Below, one piece after another: positions 36,741-49,136 of a stretch of 64,000 bases of DNA. The translations under genes were made by a program, and so were the position numbers. The stretch lies in the NCBI GenBank assembly GCA_017499595.2, contig CM038999.1:2356001-2420000 (forward strand), given 5' to 3'. This DNA comes from Psilocybe cubensis. Lineage: Eukaryota. The first letter of the stretch is position 1. Each line of letters opens with the position of its first letter. The notes under the pieces were generated by a model. That model ran no database searches and was not told the DNA's origin. It saw nothing but the letters and a program-made list of their open reading frames with translations.

Positions 36741-39700
36741 TTACCAACATGAGCATAATGGCTTGCTCTTGACAGTCTCTAGACGCTAAAATAGGCGTTA
36801 ATAAAACGACGCGACTGCGTTGGTAGGAACAGTTCGTACCTCAGATATAACCACTCGTTTCGCTGGTGAATCAGTTGATTGCATCCACTCCATTCCTGCA
36901 CTGGACAATGTTTCCTGCTGACCAAAAGGGTACGATCCTTCTACATGAGAGGTAGACTTTGAGAGAGCCACCAAATCTTCCTCATCAATCGAACTCCTGG
37001 CGGACGACGCCTCTGGCACACTTTGTAAAGGACTTGTGGGTGGTGGTGATATTATGCGCCCATGAACAGGGGTTGGGGGATCCGTCATAGAATGTGTGGC
37101 CACTGGTTTTTGAGGGGCGGCTTCTCCGACGTCCACCTCTTCATCCTCATCCACGCCAAGTCGCTGTAGACTTGCTTCTACAGCATCTAGTCTTTCTAGA
37201 TGCTCAAGGACAGTAACACCGGTTGTACCTGGGTGCACCCGCTGAAATTTGGCGGCAAACGGAACGGGACGAGGAGCACCTGAAGCATCAGTCGAGGTTC
37301 GCCTCATTGGAGGTGGGAAGTCGCCTCCTGAACTCTGGCTTCGTGTTCGTCTGGGAACAGGAGCTATACTTGTGGAAAGTCTTGGAGATATAGGTCCGTT
37401 AGGCATATCGTGGATAGTTTCTTCAGGTATTTCCATTTCGTCGTTCCAGACAAGAACTTTAGTTCTTCGGGTCAGCTCCAGTGGTCCTAGAGTATATGTT
37501 GGGCATATTAATCAAGATGATAGTATTTACAATTTATACCTTCATCCTAGATACCAAAACCGATGATTAGATACGCATAAATGGCACAATCTCCGCCCGT
37601 TTGGCTTACCTTGTGTTTCAAAGATTGGACAATATTCCAAGCTTGGCCTAATACACGATCAATAAATATATACGCATGTTCTACGGAAAATTAGAACCTT
37701 TGATAACAGCCAGTTGTCTCTGAATCGCAAGATATCAATTAAAATAACAGTCTACGAAACAGGTTCTTACCGCAAACATCTTTGGATGGAAATCGGGATC
37801 TACAGCAAATAACCTTTCCAATTGGAACGTAGTTTCTTCCCACCAAGTTTTGGATGTCAGCAAAGGTAAAAAATGACTGCGAGTTTTCTCGCTGAACGGG
37901 CGGCCAATGACGCTGACTGGAAGGTACAGCCACCCATAAGTGTATGAACGCCATCCTTGAGGATGCTCGTGAGGGAAGGAAAGTGAATTATCGATGGCGG
38001 CAATGTGAATGTGAGGCTTTCGCCTGTAGTCAGAGCTCGGTGTGTTTGAACCAGATGGAACAGGTGACAGATTAGGTTGATAAGATGATGTTGCAGTCAT
38101 GCGAGGGGAGTTGGAATTGGCATCTGGTCTTCGAAGTTCACTCATGACTGGCATTTCTAACCGGACAGACCTTGAAGGCGCCACATCCACAAGGGGCTTC
38201 TCATGATCACCTTCACAATATTTGATCATATAGTTGTCTGCGCCTCGATCCGTATTGAGCATAAGGTAATCTGTTGCAAAACCATAAGTGTTGATGCGAA
38301 ATTTCTGATCTAACATGACTGGCCTAAGATCACAAGTCTAGAATTACTATCAGCTTCTCAACTTACGGTCTGTGGATTGTAAAAGACGTACTTTTCAAGT
38401 TCTTCCCTGAAACTTTGTTGGAGCTGTTGACTCCAATAAAATGGTCTCTGGACATCTGCAGCCTCAGTCGCGTCATATAGAACGCGTTCATCCTCATAGT
38501 CAGCGTCATCATAGATATCCTCTGTATCTCCAGTTTTGCCGCATATCACTTTCATGGCGCTCATGAAACGTTTTGACATATTCCCTTGTCGGTGAGTAGA
38601 ATCGTCGAAGGTGTCAGCAATGGCCCTCCCCGGCCAAGGATACTTGCGCAGAAAGTCGGAAGCATCTGTGACGAATATCATGGAGATGTTCTAAGAGTTT
38701 GTATAATAGGGTGAAACTTACCCTGAAAACCATGAAGGAAATATTGGAGACTACCTATTTTTTCGGGCAGTTGTTTCCCCTTCTTGGCAGCATTGCGGTC
38801 AAACCAATCGTAGAAAAACGCCTGTGGAGATAGATCAAGAGTAAATATCAATTTGGTTCAAAGAAAGAACAACGTGTTATACGGGGCTGGAAAAGGATAC
38901 GAGCTGGGTTGGTGGTACAATATGAAGTTGCAGCCTGTCGTCTAGCAGTGAGGCTGCAGCTTCTGAGATATAACTGTCTTGTTGTGAGCGGTATACAGCA
39001 TGTAGGTATGCAATTGTAATTACCTCAGGTTGGGTATAAGACAGGCACGACCAAAAGGTATAATCCATCTAAACTGCCGGTGCAACCATTTGGTTGTCTT
39101 TGATGAGGTATTAGACACGAAAGGATATGCATAAAACAATTTGTTACCTTTGGATTTAGACGACCATACGGTTCTTCGTCTTTGGGTTTAAATACACTGT
39201 GGATAACTTAGTGGGGCATAAGTGAAACGGGTTACAATGAGCTCACGCAACGGTTTGCACCCTTCCGTCAACCTTCGCTCTAGCAAAATATGAACCCGAT
39301 GACCCCTTTGTAATCATTTTGGGGTGAATTCCCTCCTGAATTGCTTCTTTGACAGAATGCACCAATCTGTATTGAGGAAATGAACAGCGGGCTAACGCAA
39401 GTCAAGTCACCAGTTTCTTACGCGTCAAAGTCTGCCTGAGTCATAGGTTGGTTATGATCAAGAGTCTTCTCCTACAGAGTAAACGTAAGTTTGTTTCGTT
39501 GGTGGAACGAATGTCCGCATACGAATCCTGAATTTGGTACAGGGGGGACCTGCGGATCGAAAACGCTATGCCATATTTGCTTCCTCGAGTGGTCAGTTGT
39601 CTTCTTCTTGCGCTTGACCTTCTGGGCAATGGATTCCGTCCATCTACGGAAGTTAAACATATAGTTAAAGCAAGAGAATTTGCAGGCGACACTACCTCTT

Positions 39701-39877
39701 AAAAGCGTTGTCTAATTTGGTGAGGTCAATACTTCCTGGGCGCACTGTCCGGCGCTGCGGGTACGTGTTAGAAGGACCTGGGTGACTGATTGGAGGAAGC
39801 GGTTCGTTATTGTCGCTATTTTCATCTTCATGAGTCTGTAGCGGTTGGTATCCAGCGGAGCGCAGAGAACGAGACAT
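36741..39877 (-). CDS. LSB6: Phosphatidylinositol 4-kinase type II (Lsb6-like)
   Basis: 'PKMITKGSSGSYF', 'VFKPKDEEPYG', 'SYISEAAASLLD', 'DYLMLNTDRGADNYMI', 'IAAIDNSLSFP'; ends PLCSCW*. Confidence 0.9.
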
Positions 39878-40133
39878 GGTTATAAGTACAGAATGTAATA
39901 GTTAAGACTTGTTGTAACTGCCCCTCCCACTTGGCAATCAATGCAAGTCACGAGGACTGAAATCAGGACGCGGGCCCATTATGATGATCTTTAAATAGTA
40001 CAACTCAAGGTATTCACCAGATAGCGACTGAATTTGGACTGAATACAGGTCGAACGAAACTCAAACAAAACTTACATATAAAAGCACTAGCTGTTAACAC
40101 TTCCAAACAATTTGGGACATCGCTCACAACATG

Positions 40134-41522
40134 CTAATAATCCTGATGTTGATTCAACAGCACAGGGGAAACGGCAAATATGGATGTATCCCACAAACAG
40201 ACCACAGTCGGAATAATGCATATAAACCATAGAATCAAAACGATTACTGTAAACTTATCAGTCGACTGTGTAGACTAATCACCAAATACTTAAAGTAATG
40301 AACTTACTTGACCAAATTGCACCAAAATAATGAAAAAATGGACTGTCCAACACGTTGCCAAGTTGCACAGAACATAACGCAAAGACACCATTAGGAAAAA
40401 CCAATCCCCAGTATGACAATGTAAAGGGTATTTTTTCCGTCCGAAAAGTGATGTAGATAGAAGATAGCGATATGATCACCCACGCAAATGCCATACACCA
40501 CAAAGTCCAGGCTCCCATAAAACACCCGGCGTATAATATCTGCCCCGCCAAAGGTATCAAAGGGAAAATGTTCCCAAAATGAAGAGGAAATACTCTGGCA
40601 AGAATTTCACCGTTGACGAGGAGAGAATATCCTCCTTGGCCCAGGGGGCTGGTAATTATAAAACTCGCCAGAATAACATGAGGCATAGGAGGTCCACGTA
40701 GAATCAGGCGCGTCAGATAGAGCGAAATAACCATGAGGGTGAGACTCATCCCTATACAAAACGCCATCAGAGAAAACGCGATCGTCAGAATCGTCAAAGT
40801 CGTTGTCTGTGGTAATAATGCCTGAGAGAGAGAGCCTCCTGTTGCAGAAAGGACGATCAGAGGAATAATAGGCAAAACCCAAACAGACGTGGTTTCCGAA
40901 ACCATATGGTGGCGAGAGGACATTCTGAAGCCCGAATGTCAGACAGCGGAAAAACGGAGATAAAAACTTACTCACAATATGTATATCATCCCAAAACAGG
41001 TCCAGTATGAACACACCAGCATCAGCCACCAAAATCCCCAGAGAGTATACAAAAACGCAGTGCCTCCAAAACGCCATCGTTGGTTGAGAATGACAGCGAG
41101 ATCGATGAGGGAAGCGCTGCCAATCGGAAACGCGCCGACAAAAAGTCCTTCTCCAGGATCATACAGCATTTTGATCCATAACTACTAGGTCCATGCGTTA
41201 TGAGTCATGCTTATTGCAATAAGGTATTCAAGGCGTGTTACCTCGGGGAACATGTAGTAACGGGAGATAGTCATGGCGAGTATAAGGACATAAAATAAAA
41301 GGTTTGCAAAAAAAAAGATAAAGCAAATGGATTTCAGAGTTGTGCTGTTGGTTCCCCAGTGAAATTTAGCTGCTAGTATAGAAATGCTTCCTGTGCCCAT
41401 GTTGACCGCAAACCAAGCAGGAGAAAATAACCTAGATAACGCTTCGAAAATTTCTAGATATTATATAGTTATACGACGGACCTTATACAATGCCTTAGGC
41501 TTTTACGTCGGGCCTGGGTCAT
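40134..41522 (-). CDS. TDT/SLAC1-family transporter (Ssu1 sulfite efflux / Mae1 malate permease-like)
   Basis: 'FSPAWFAVNMGTG', 'LFVGAFPIG', 'WVLPIIPLIV', 'PLGQGG', 'FTLSYWGLVFPNGV'; about 10 TM segments. Confidence 0.87.
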
Positions 41523-41815
41523 ATCACTGAATTAAGTGGAAATAAAAGGATGATGGAAAGGGGTTCTCTGTTGTAGCACAGGCTCTGGCCAGACCACATT
41601 CACATTTTATGATCGATCGAGGACAGTGTCTATATCGCGCTGACATAATAATATGCAAACGATATCGATACATTGTATGTACATATAACAATCTAGCGAA
41701 TTCTTGGTGTTAATGAGTTCGACACTAAGATGATAAATTGACTTACAGAAATACATGACGAAAAAAAGAAAAAATACAGACGGTGCAGAATCCACTGGCC
41801 AATAATAATAAATTA

Positions 41816-43028
41816 TTATGGCCGTGCAGGCCTCGCAATATTACTTGGCCGAGAAGACGCAGATATCGGCCGCTTGGGTATACCACGCGAAGTTGAATCA
41901 GCCGAGTCTAAATCTGTGGGTGAGTTTCGAGAAAGAACGAAATAGTCTTTAAGAACCTGAACGCGATGAGGTAGATCCCCCACGAGTCCCGCGTGTCGAT
42001 ACACGCGTGCCTCGCACGCCTCTAATGCCGCCACGAATTGCCCGTTCACTCTTTTCACGGTCTAAGCGTTCTTTTTCTTGTCTTTTCAAGTCGTCCAACC
42101 TTTGTTGCTCTAACCTTGCCAATGCAAGTTTGGCCTCTTCTGCCTCCCGACGTCTCCTTTCTTGTTCTGCTTGTACTTCTTGCTCAAGTCTTTCCTCGTC
42201 CTAAGACATCCAAAATATTGGTATTGAGTCACAAAAAAGACACTACAACCTACTGCTTCTGCCCCTTCCCATTGATCGTCAAATATGAGACGTGAAAATT
42301 CTTCCGATTTGGATAGAATGCCAATATATTTATTCAGGAGCGCGTCGGTTTGTTCTAGTTGGACAGCCACACGCTAAAGCGCAGGAAGAATAAGAATTGA
42401 CACACTGGATCTTAATTAATTGCACACCTCATTCGCTGAGCCCGTATCCTGTAGGGCCTCGTTGAATAATTCAAAAGAAGCATTTAACTTCTTCAAGATA
42501 AAGATATCGCTCTGCAATTTCTCTTCCCGCTGCTTGGCAGCCTGCATCCTTTTTTCCTCAGCAGTCTCTTGGTCGTTGGCGGCAGGAGCTTCATGTTCAC
42601 CCTGACACGGATCTTCCTTTTCTTCGATGCCGCTAGGTGCCTTCCTGACGGGGGTAGAAATATCTGTTTCTGCTCGAGCTAAAAGACTGAAAGGTTTCTG
42701 CATTATAGTCGTTTGGTCTGGAGATCCCAAATCTGATAGGTACATATCATCGTCCTGGCGAGAATATGATGAATCTGAAGGTATATTTGGTGACTCGAGT
42801 CCCATGATACTGGACCCAGATGCAACATTGATCTCCGGTGAATTCAAGTATGAAAAGGACATTGGGTCGAAGTATGCTTATCAAGTGTTGTTACTGTTAT
42901 ATTGATATCTTCGAATCAGTAAAAGCAAGGGGGGAGGCAAAGGACAACGAAGAAACGGACAAGAATGTATCGATTGCTGATGCGTTTGATGTTGAGGTTC
43001 CAACGTCCAGGTCGCTTTCATTGTGCAT
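41816..43028 (-). CDS. DUO1: DASH/Dam1 kinetochore complex subunit Duo1
   Basis: 'REEKLQSDIFILKKLNASF...AVQLEQTDALLNKYIGILSKSEEFSRLIFDDQWEGAEAD' followed by a charged coiled coil and an RG-rich tail. Confidence 0.78.
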
Positions 43029-43302
43029 GTTCCCGTGATCGTCTTAGATGCGTGACTTTTTTTAAAAAAAAGGTATATAGATACTTTTTATGTCACGATA
43101 ATAAAGGCTAGAAAATAGTGCAAAAAACAACAAGTAAAGAGTCAAGGAGATAGCAAGAAATCAAAGCAAACTCTCAGATGCATAGCAGAGCGGAGAACAA
43201 GCGAGACATCTAACCCGTAGCCCGCTTAACAAAGCTTTCTAGGAAAATGCATAATGGATAGCTAATGGATTAACAACATCCTCGAATGACACTAAAACGA
43301 AT

Positions 43303-44841
43303 TCAGATTGGATTGAAAAAGCACGCTTGAGTGAGGTGTCCCGTTGACGTTTGTTTCGTCAAATCGTTCGGGCAACGTCGCGCCGCGCTTCAAAGGAGAA
43401 GGGGTGGGTCGAGAGAACGAGATACAGCTGCAATGGGATCAGAAGTGGAAAGTTAATATGGAAATATGCCCCAACCTTCTGTACGCTAACTCTGGAACTC
43501 GAGACTTGCTCTTGATTGGCGACCTAGGGTCAATGCTATGTTGATAAACCACTTCCTTTATTTGCCGGGGTGACGAGGGATAGCTAGATGAACTACTAAC
43601 TGAAGGTGAGTTGGCTTGAGCTTGCACCCTACTCTTTTCTTCTTCAGTATCTATTGAAATTGAAGAAAATGAATTGAGTAAAAATTGTTCATTACTCAAA
43701 GGAGACAAGGGGGGTGAGCGCCTAGAATCAATGGATGTATTTGGATAAGGTGTAAGCCAGTCTGGGGATTTTACAATAGGTGCTTCATGGTGCTGGGGGC
43801 TATAAATCTTTGGTGAGCTAAAACCCTTTGAAGATGCTGTTGGATTTGAGACCCGAGTAAGTGTGGAAATTACTGGCAAGGCCTGGGCTCCGGAAGTGGG
43901 TAGAGGTATATCAAAAAGTGCGTCGATTTTCTGACCTCGGATAAAACTGGCAGAAGGTTCAGAGGATGAACGGGGCAGAGCACTGAATGTTTTATGGGCC
44001 TTCAGAGATTGCTGCTGAGAGAATGTGTCCGATTTATTGTTCACACAACCGTCCCTGACAGCGGATCGACTGGCGACGATGGACACTTCCTGGTTGCTAT
44101 TGGGAGAAAAATAGCCACTTGCTTTCGAATTCGATGACACGGAAGATAGAAACCTGGCATTGGGACTGTTGATTAATTGCGCCGAATTTCTGTTTGGTGT
44201 TGAAACTGGTGTAACATAACTCTGTGTGCTGGAATGTGATAGGGACGTAACAGAACCAGGTTGTATATTTGGGCTGCTCCTTAGAGGGGCCACATTCCTG
44301 TTGGGCGTTGACCTTGGCGTAGCCAGTTGCTGTCTTATAGTTTCGGCTTGTCCGTCATCCCGAATGATTTTGGTCGTTCCTTTCAACATTTCTTGGGCAA
44401 AAAGACGTCGAGCTTCTCCTTCAGTTGGAAAACTTTGGTAAATTGCTTCGGGTACGCCCTTTACTAACGGGGCCGCTTCAATCCTAAAAAAATTATTTAG
44501 AACAGTTACATTCGAGGCACAAGCTGACTTGGAGACAACAATAATATGGCCTTGTACAGGGTCATGGGAATGGGTATGCAACGAGGAAGTTCAAGAACCG
44601 TGTGGCACTTACCAAGTAGGAAATACCCCAATGCCTTTGCCTACTGTGACTACATACCACTTTCTCCGGGTCATGACGAGCACTAGAGACTGATATTCCA
44701 AAGCCGTGGACTAAGTGGTATTGGTTGACATGTATTTCGCAAGGAGCGGCGCTTAACTATGACTCGATTTGAAATAAACCATCCGCTTAAAATGGAGTAT
44801 GATTCTCACGGATTGACTATGTTTCTCCTCCAAAAAAACAT
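43303..44841 (-). CDS. Protein with RNase H1 N-terminal (Cauli_VI) hybrid-binding-like domain and long Ser/Pro-rich tail; start approximate
   Basis: Exon 'RRKWYVVTVGKGIGVFPTW' splices to 'IEAAPLVKGVPEAIYQSFPTEGEARRLF'; no catalytic RNase H domain visible. Confidence 0.65.
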
Positions 44842-45137
44842 GGTAAAATGAACGCATCAAATTCCCATGTTCATAACCAAATCACTTCACTGCGCCCTGC
44901 GGCGCCTCGTGAGTCGTCGTAATAATGCAAGTCGCAAATTACCCTATATGTAATACAAGATTCAAGACCTGTCACCTGTCACATCACAAACTATATTCTA
45001 GGAGTCATTAATTTATAATCATTTGATAGCGTTGCCAATCATGAACAAATAAACGCTCTTGACGTAGAGCTTGGCGTCGCGGGCCTCATTGCCTTTCATT
45101 ACCCATCACACTTTACCTTGATTACTTGTTCTGGGCC

Positions 45138-46250
45138 ATGATCATACGGTTTTCAAGATATAATTTTCTTATATCTGTCTCATGCCTGCTTCTACACGCG
45201 ACATTAACACTGGCGGCAGACTCAGAAACAACGTTCAACTGTCATTTAATTGTTGACAGTAACACATTTGACTTGACCTCTCTTGGTGGTGTTCGTACAG
45301 TGACCCGAACGCGCGACACGCCTCCCACTAAGGTTGTCGACTCACTGAGGTTTGACTTATGTGAAGAATTGAAACTTCAGGATGGTGTTTCGGAGCACGA
45401 CCAGGTACGCTACGGTACACGAATTGCGTCCGCTCCCTACCTTTTGAACTTGCTATTCAATTCCAGTGTCCTCCTGGTACCAGAGCATGTCTCACTAAGA
45501 TCAATCAAAGGACAGGTGAACAGGACCGTATAGTTGCGGTCATTCCAATGGCACAGTCAGCGAACTTGGAACCAATATCCTCTGCGAATTCTTGTGCGTA
45601 AGTCATAGCAACATTCGACAACTGAGCCTGAAGTTGTTTGTCATATAGCACCAAAGTATCTATCTCTAGTATTTCATGGCGCAGAATACCCTGCGCCACC
45701 CCTTTCAATGCCAGTCCGACAATCCCTAAACCTAACAATTCTGTGCAATCCGCAAGAAACATCGGAACCCAAATTCATCGCATATGATGGTTCAAGGCTC
45801 GATTTGGAATGGACTGCGCCTGCAGGCTGCCCGTTTAAAGAGGAAGAGGAAGACAAGGGTGGAGGAGGCGACAATAAAGAAGAACCTACTCAGCCAGAGA
45901 ACGTAGGGAGTGGGATTGGTTGGTTTTTCCTGGTGTGAGTATATTTACAATTCATGCTATGCTTGATCTGTTCTGATATGAGGGTATATGTCAGAATTCT
46001 TCTTGCATTTATAGCTTACTTCGGTCTTGGAGCCTATTATAATTATTCGACTTATGGCGCCAGAGGTCTTGATCTAATACCGTACGTTTTCCATGTGTGT
46101 TTTATCTGAACTTGAGGTTTGATATATTGCTTTAGCCACCGTGATTTCTGGAAGGAAGTCCCATATATGCTCAGTGATGTAGCATCTCATCTTTGTTCCA
46201 ACGTGAGGCCACGCAGGACTTCAAGTCGCGGTGGTTATGTTGCCGTTTAA
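45138..46250 (+). CDS. ATG27: Autophagy protein Atg27 (M6P-receptor homology, type I membrane protein)
   Basis: Signal peptide; MRH cysteines 'C..DSNTFDLTSL..FDLC..CPPGTRAC..W.APAGC'; TM segment; tail 'GAYYNYSTYGARGLDLIPHRDFWKEVPY...RGGYVAV*'. Confidence 0.88.
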
Positions 46251-46451
46251 AACCTCGCCTCTATCATTCATGCTTTCCTAGTACTATAACGCTTTGCACA
46301 TGGGTTCTCATAAGTTTAGAAATATATAGGCATTTTTAATCACTATACACTTCCACCTTTTTTTTTTTTTTGGCAAATTAAGTCCATTCCAATGGTAAAA
46401 ATTCCTTTACGCATGTGACTAGCATCACGCTGTCCTCCAGTAACTTTAAAA

Positions 46452-47750
46452 TTACGAACCTAGCCCAAACTGTACAGCGGTAAGGAATTCATCGGGCTTG
46501 TCATAATGCGTCTAAATATATAAATATATTACTGCAGGTCTAGGACTGAAACTGGAATGCTCACAAAATGATTGCCTCCTGTGATGTGGACGACGTTAAG
46601 TTGTCGAACAACCTCATCGCGGTTCACGCATTCTTTATAAAGCTTTTGAGTGACCCATGCCCCCCAAACGCAATACCAGTGTGTTCGCTCAGGGTATAAA
46701 AGTGTCACCGGCACTAAGGGAAAGAGATTTTTAGTTACAGATTCACTGAAAAGAACCCTCTGTGTCATTTCGCCTAGTAACTTTTGAAAAGGAGGAAGAA
46801 ACCTAGATCGGAGAAAAATAAGCATCACGACTTGAGATGGTATTTAATGCGCAGAATATGTACACGTACATCGAGAAATCTGTTTTCATGGCAGACTCCA
46901 ACGAAAAATATTTTGTATTCTCTTCAGCTGTCCATCTATCAACTGTCACTTCGTCTGCGCGCATGCGTTGATCCAGAGTATTGATATCTCCTGACCAATC
47001 TTTTGGTTTGTCGTAGTATCCGCTGATAGCGATTCGTACCGCCCCATAAATTTCTTCATTAGTCAGAGCCTGCTTTTGATCTCCGTTGACTGGCTTTGGA
47101 GCTTCATAGTCTGATGGCAAGTCATATCCATAAGCCTGATAAGGTGGATCTATGGGAAAATAACCTCAACTTCATTTCGAAGAGATTGGAAGTCTTCAAA
47201 TGCGTACCATATAAAACCAGGCACCGTATATATTTTGCAAGGCAACTTTGCAGGCCTGTTGGTATATTAGTGGGATCAAAGAAAATTGACATCACTGATA
47301 CAGCGCCCATAGACCACCCCAACAGAGCAATGCCCCCAGATTTGCCATCTTTGCTTCTCAGCGGAATGGTATGCTCCTCAACTATGTGTTGGCAGAAATA
47401 AGCGAGTTCGAGAGCAAGTCTGTCTATAAAGACCTTCTTTCCGCTGTACTGGTCGTCCAGTTCGCTGGCCGTATATTCCGTGGATCCTTGATATCCCCGG
47501 CGTTGGAAAGCAATAGTTCGAAAGTTATGTTTAGCAGCAAGATCGTGTAGTTTCTCAAACCCGCCTGGCATTGAAGTGAATAGGCATTAGTATGGGATAA
47601 CACACATTGCCAGAACGTACGAGCGTTAAATCCCATCCCATGAGCAATAATGACCGTCGTGTAGTCAGTGCAATCCTCTGCAGGGGCACCACTATCAGTG
47701 TAGGAAAGTTGAATTCCACCCGGAAGCAGAGCGAGTCGTTCTGTAAACAT
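46452..47750 (-). CDS. Alpha/beta-fold hydrolase
   Basis: 'LSYTDSGAP...IIAHGMGFN', nucleophile elbow 'LLGWSMG', C-terminal 'GGNHF.HYDKP'. Confidence 0.85.
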
Positions 47751-49136
47751 GAATGAGTACGGGGAAAATACGACCTCTCAAATGATATCTGTAAGTTAGC
47801 TATCAGCTTTATCCTATATTTAAGTGACGTTGCTTTGATTGAAGCGACTGTTTGGCATCGTTGAAAAGGACAATCAGTCTACCAACCAAATAAGATGTGG
47901 CAACAGTTTCTTGACGATTCCTTCATCAACCGCCCCAGCCTTCAGGTTCTATGTGCGTTTTCGATCCCACACTGGCATAATGCACACACCCCATCAAGGA
48001 GGACATAGTAACTGGATCTAATTTGGAAGTTCGTGAGAGACTAAACGCGATCAATGACTCGGAGTAGAACGTTTTCTGGTAACGGATTGCTTATAAGTAG
48101 GCTTGGTTTGATTTTTGGTACAAGGTGTAATCGCCGATCGGCATCATTTTGTGAATATCTTCGTTTGGTGGGTGGTTGAATAGCATGTATAGTTAGCAGA
48201 TCAATCGAACGTCACTATATCATTCAAAAAAAAAACGGTGTCATTGTAAGTCAAGTTTGAAGCTAGAAAAAGCAAGTTCTGTGTACTGCAATATGAATCT
48301 TCTTCGAGTTGGTACCACTCTTAAAAAGATTCATGCACCCCTTCAAGGGAGGTGTAAGGCAGTGGCCGTATATTTTCGGACCCAGTCAAAACTTAGCACC
48401 CCAATCAGTGCTAGTGAAACTTGCTAGTAGAAGAATTATCGATACCTCTACAAATAGACTTATATTCTTGACGGACGTCTAGTACGAGGCTGTATTTTGT
48501 GAAAGAGGCCTATTATTCAAGACTATGTCCGTCAGATCTTATGGCAGATTCTCTAGTAAAATAGATTTTTTTTTGCTCATCTTTCAACCATTGACTGTGA
48601 TCAACTGTAACAGAAGGTTTGTATAAACATTATTGCGGCCGGCAATGACAGCCACTCTATCTGTGTTCACTGGCGAGGTGAGGTGACTAAACTCGACAGA
48701 ATATCGCGTTCCAACAGCTTCCATCGTAAGTTTCTTCTTTTCCGAATGCGCAACGAATTTTTAACATAATTTTTCTGCATTGACACTGACGTTGTTAGAG
48801 TGAGAATTAAGATGCCAATAATTTGACTTTGTGATGTGTCCGAAAACCGTCTAAAACGCCGAATGAGTGATACGTCGAACCGCCTCATCAAAGATACAAG
48901 GATCGAGTTGCAGGACGAGAGATCCTGGGTTATATCGTACAGATATCTATGAATATGTGAGAGGAGAGAAGGACTTAAAAATGGCTGTCAATGCCAAAAA
49001 TCACGCGAACCGTATCCGCTTTAGGATGCAGTGCTAAGCCTTAATTTATGTGGCAAGGTAGACGCGTCTCATTTCATTCTCTACTATCCGATCTCTACAA
49101 CCATTATCTATAATATCCCAATTGGCATCAAATAAC

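Noticed and set aside
43056-43072. T7-A8 palindromic run upstream of DUO1
   Set aside because: Low-complexity poly(dA:dT) promoter tract with no specific significance evident.
47751-49136. 1.4-kb AT-rich divergent intergenic region with short ORFs
   Set aside because: No terminal repeats, transposase similarity or strong structure; ordinary promoter region.
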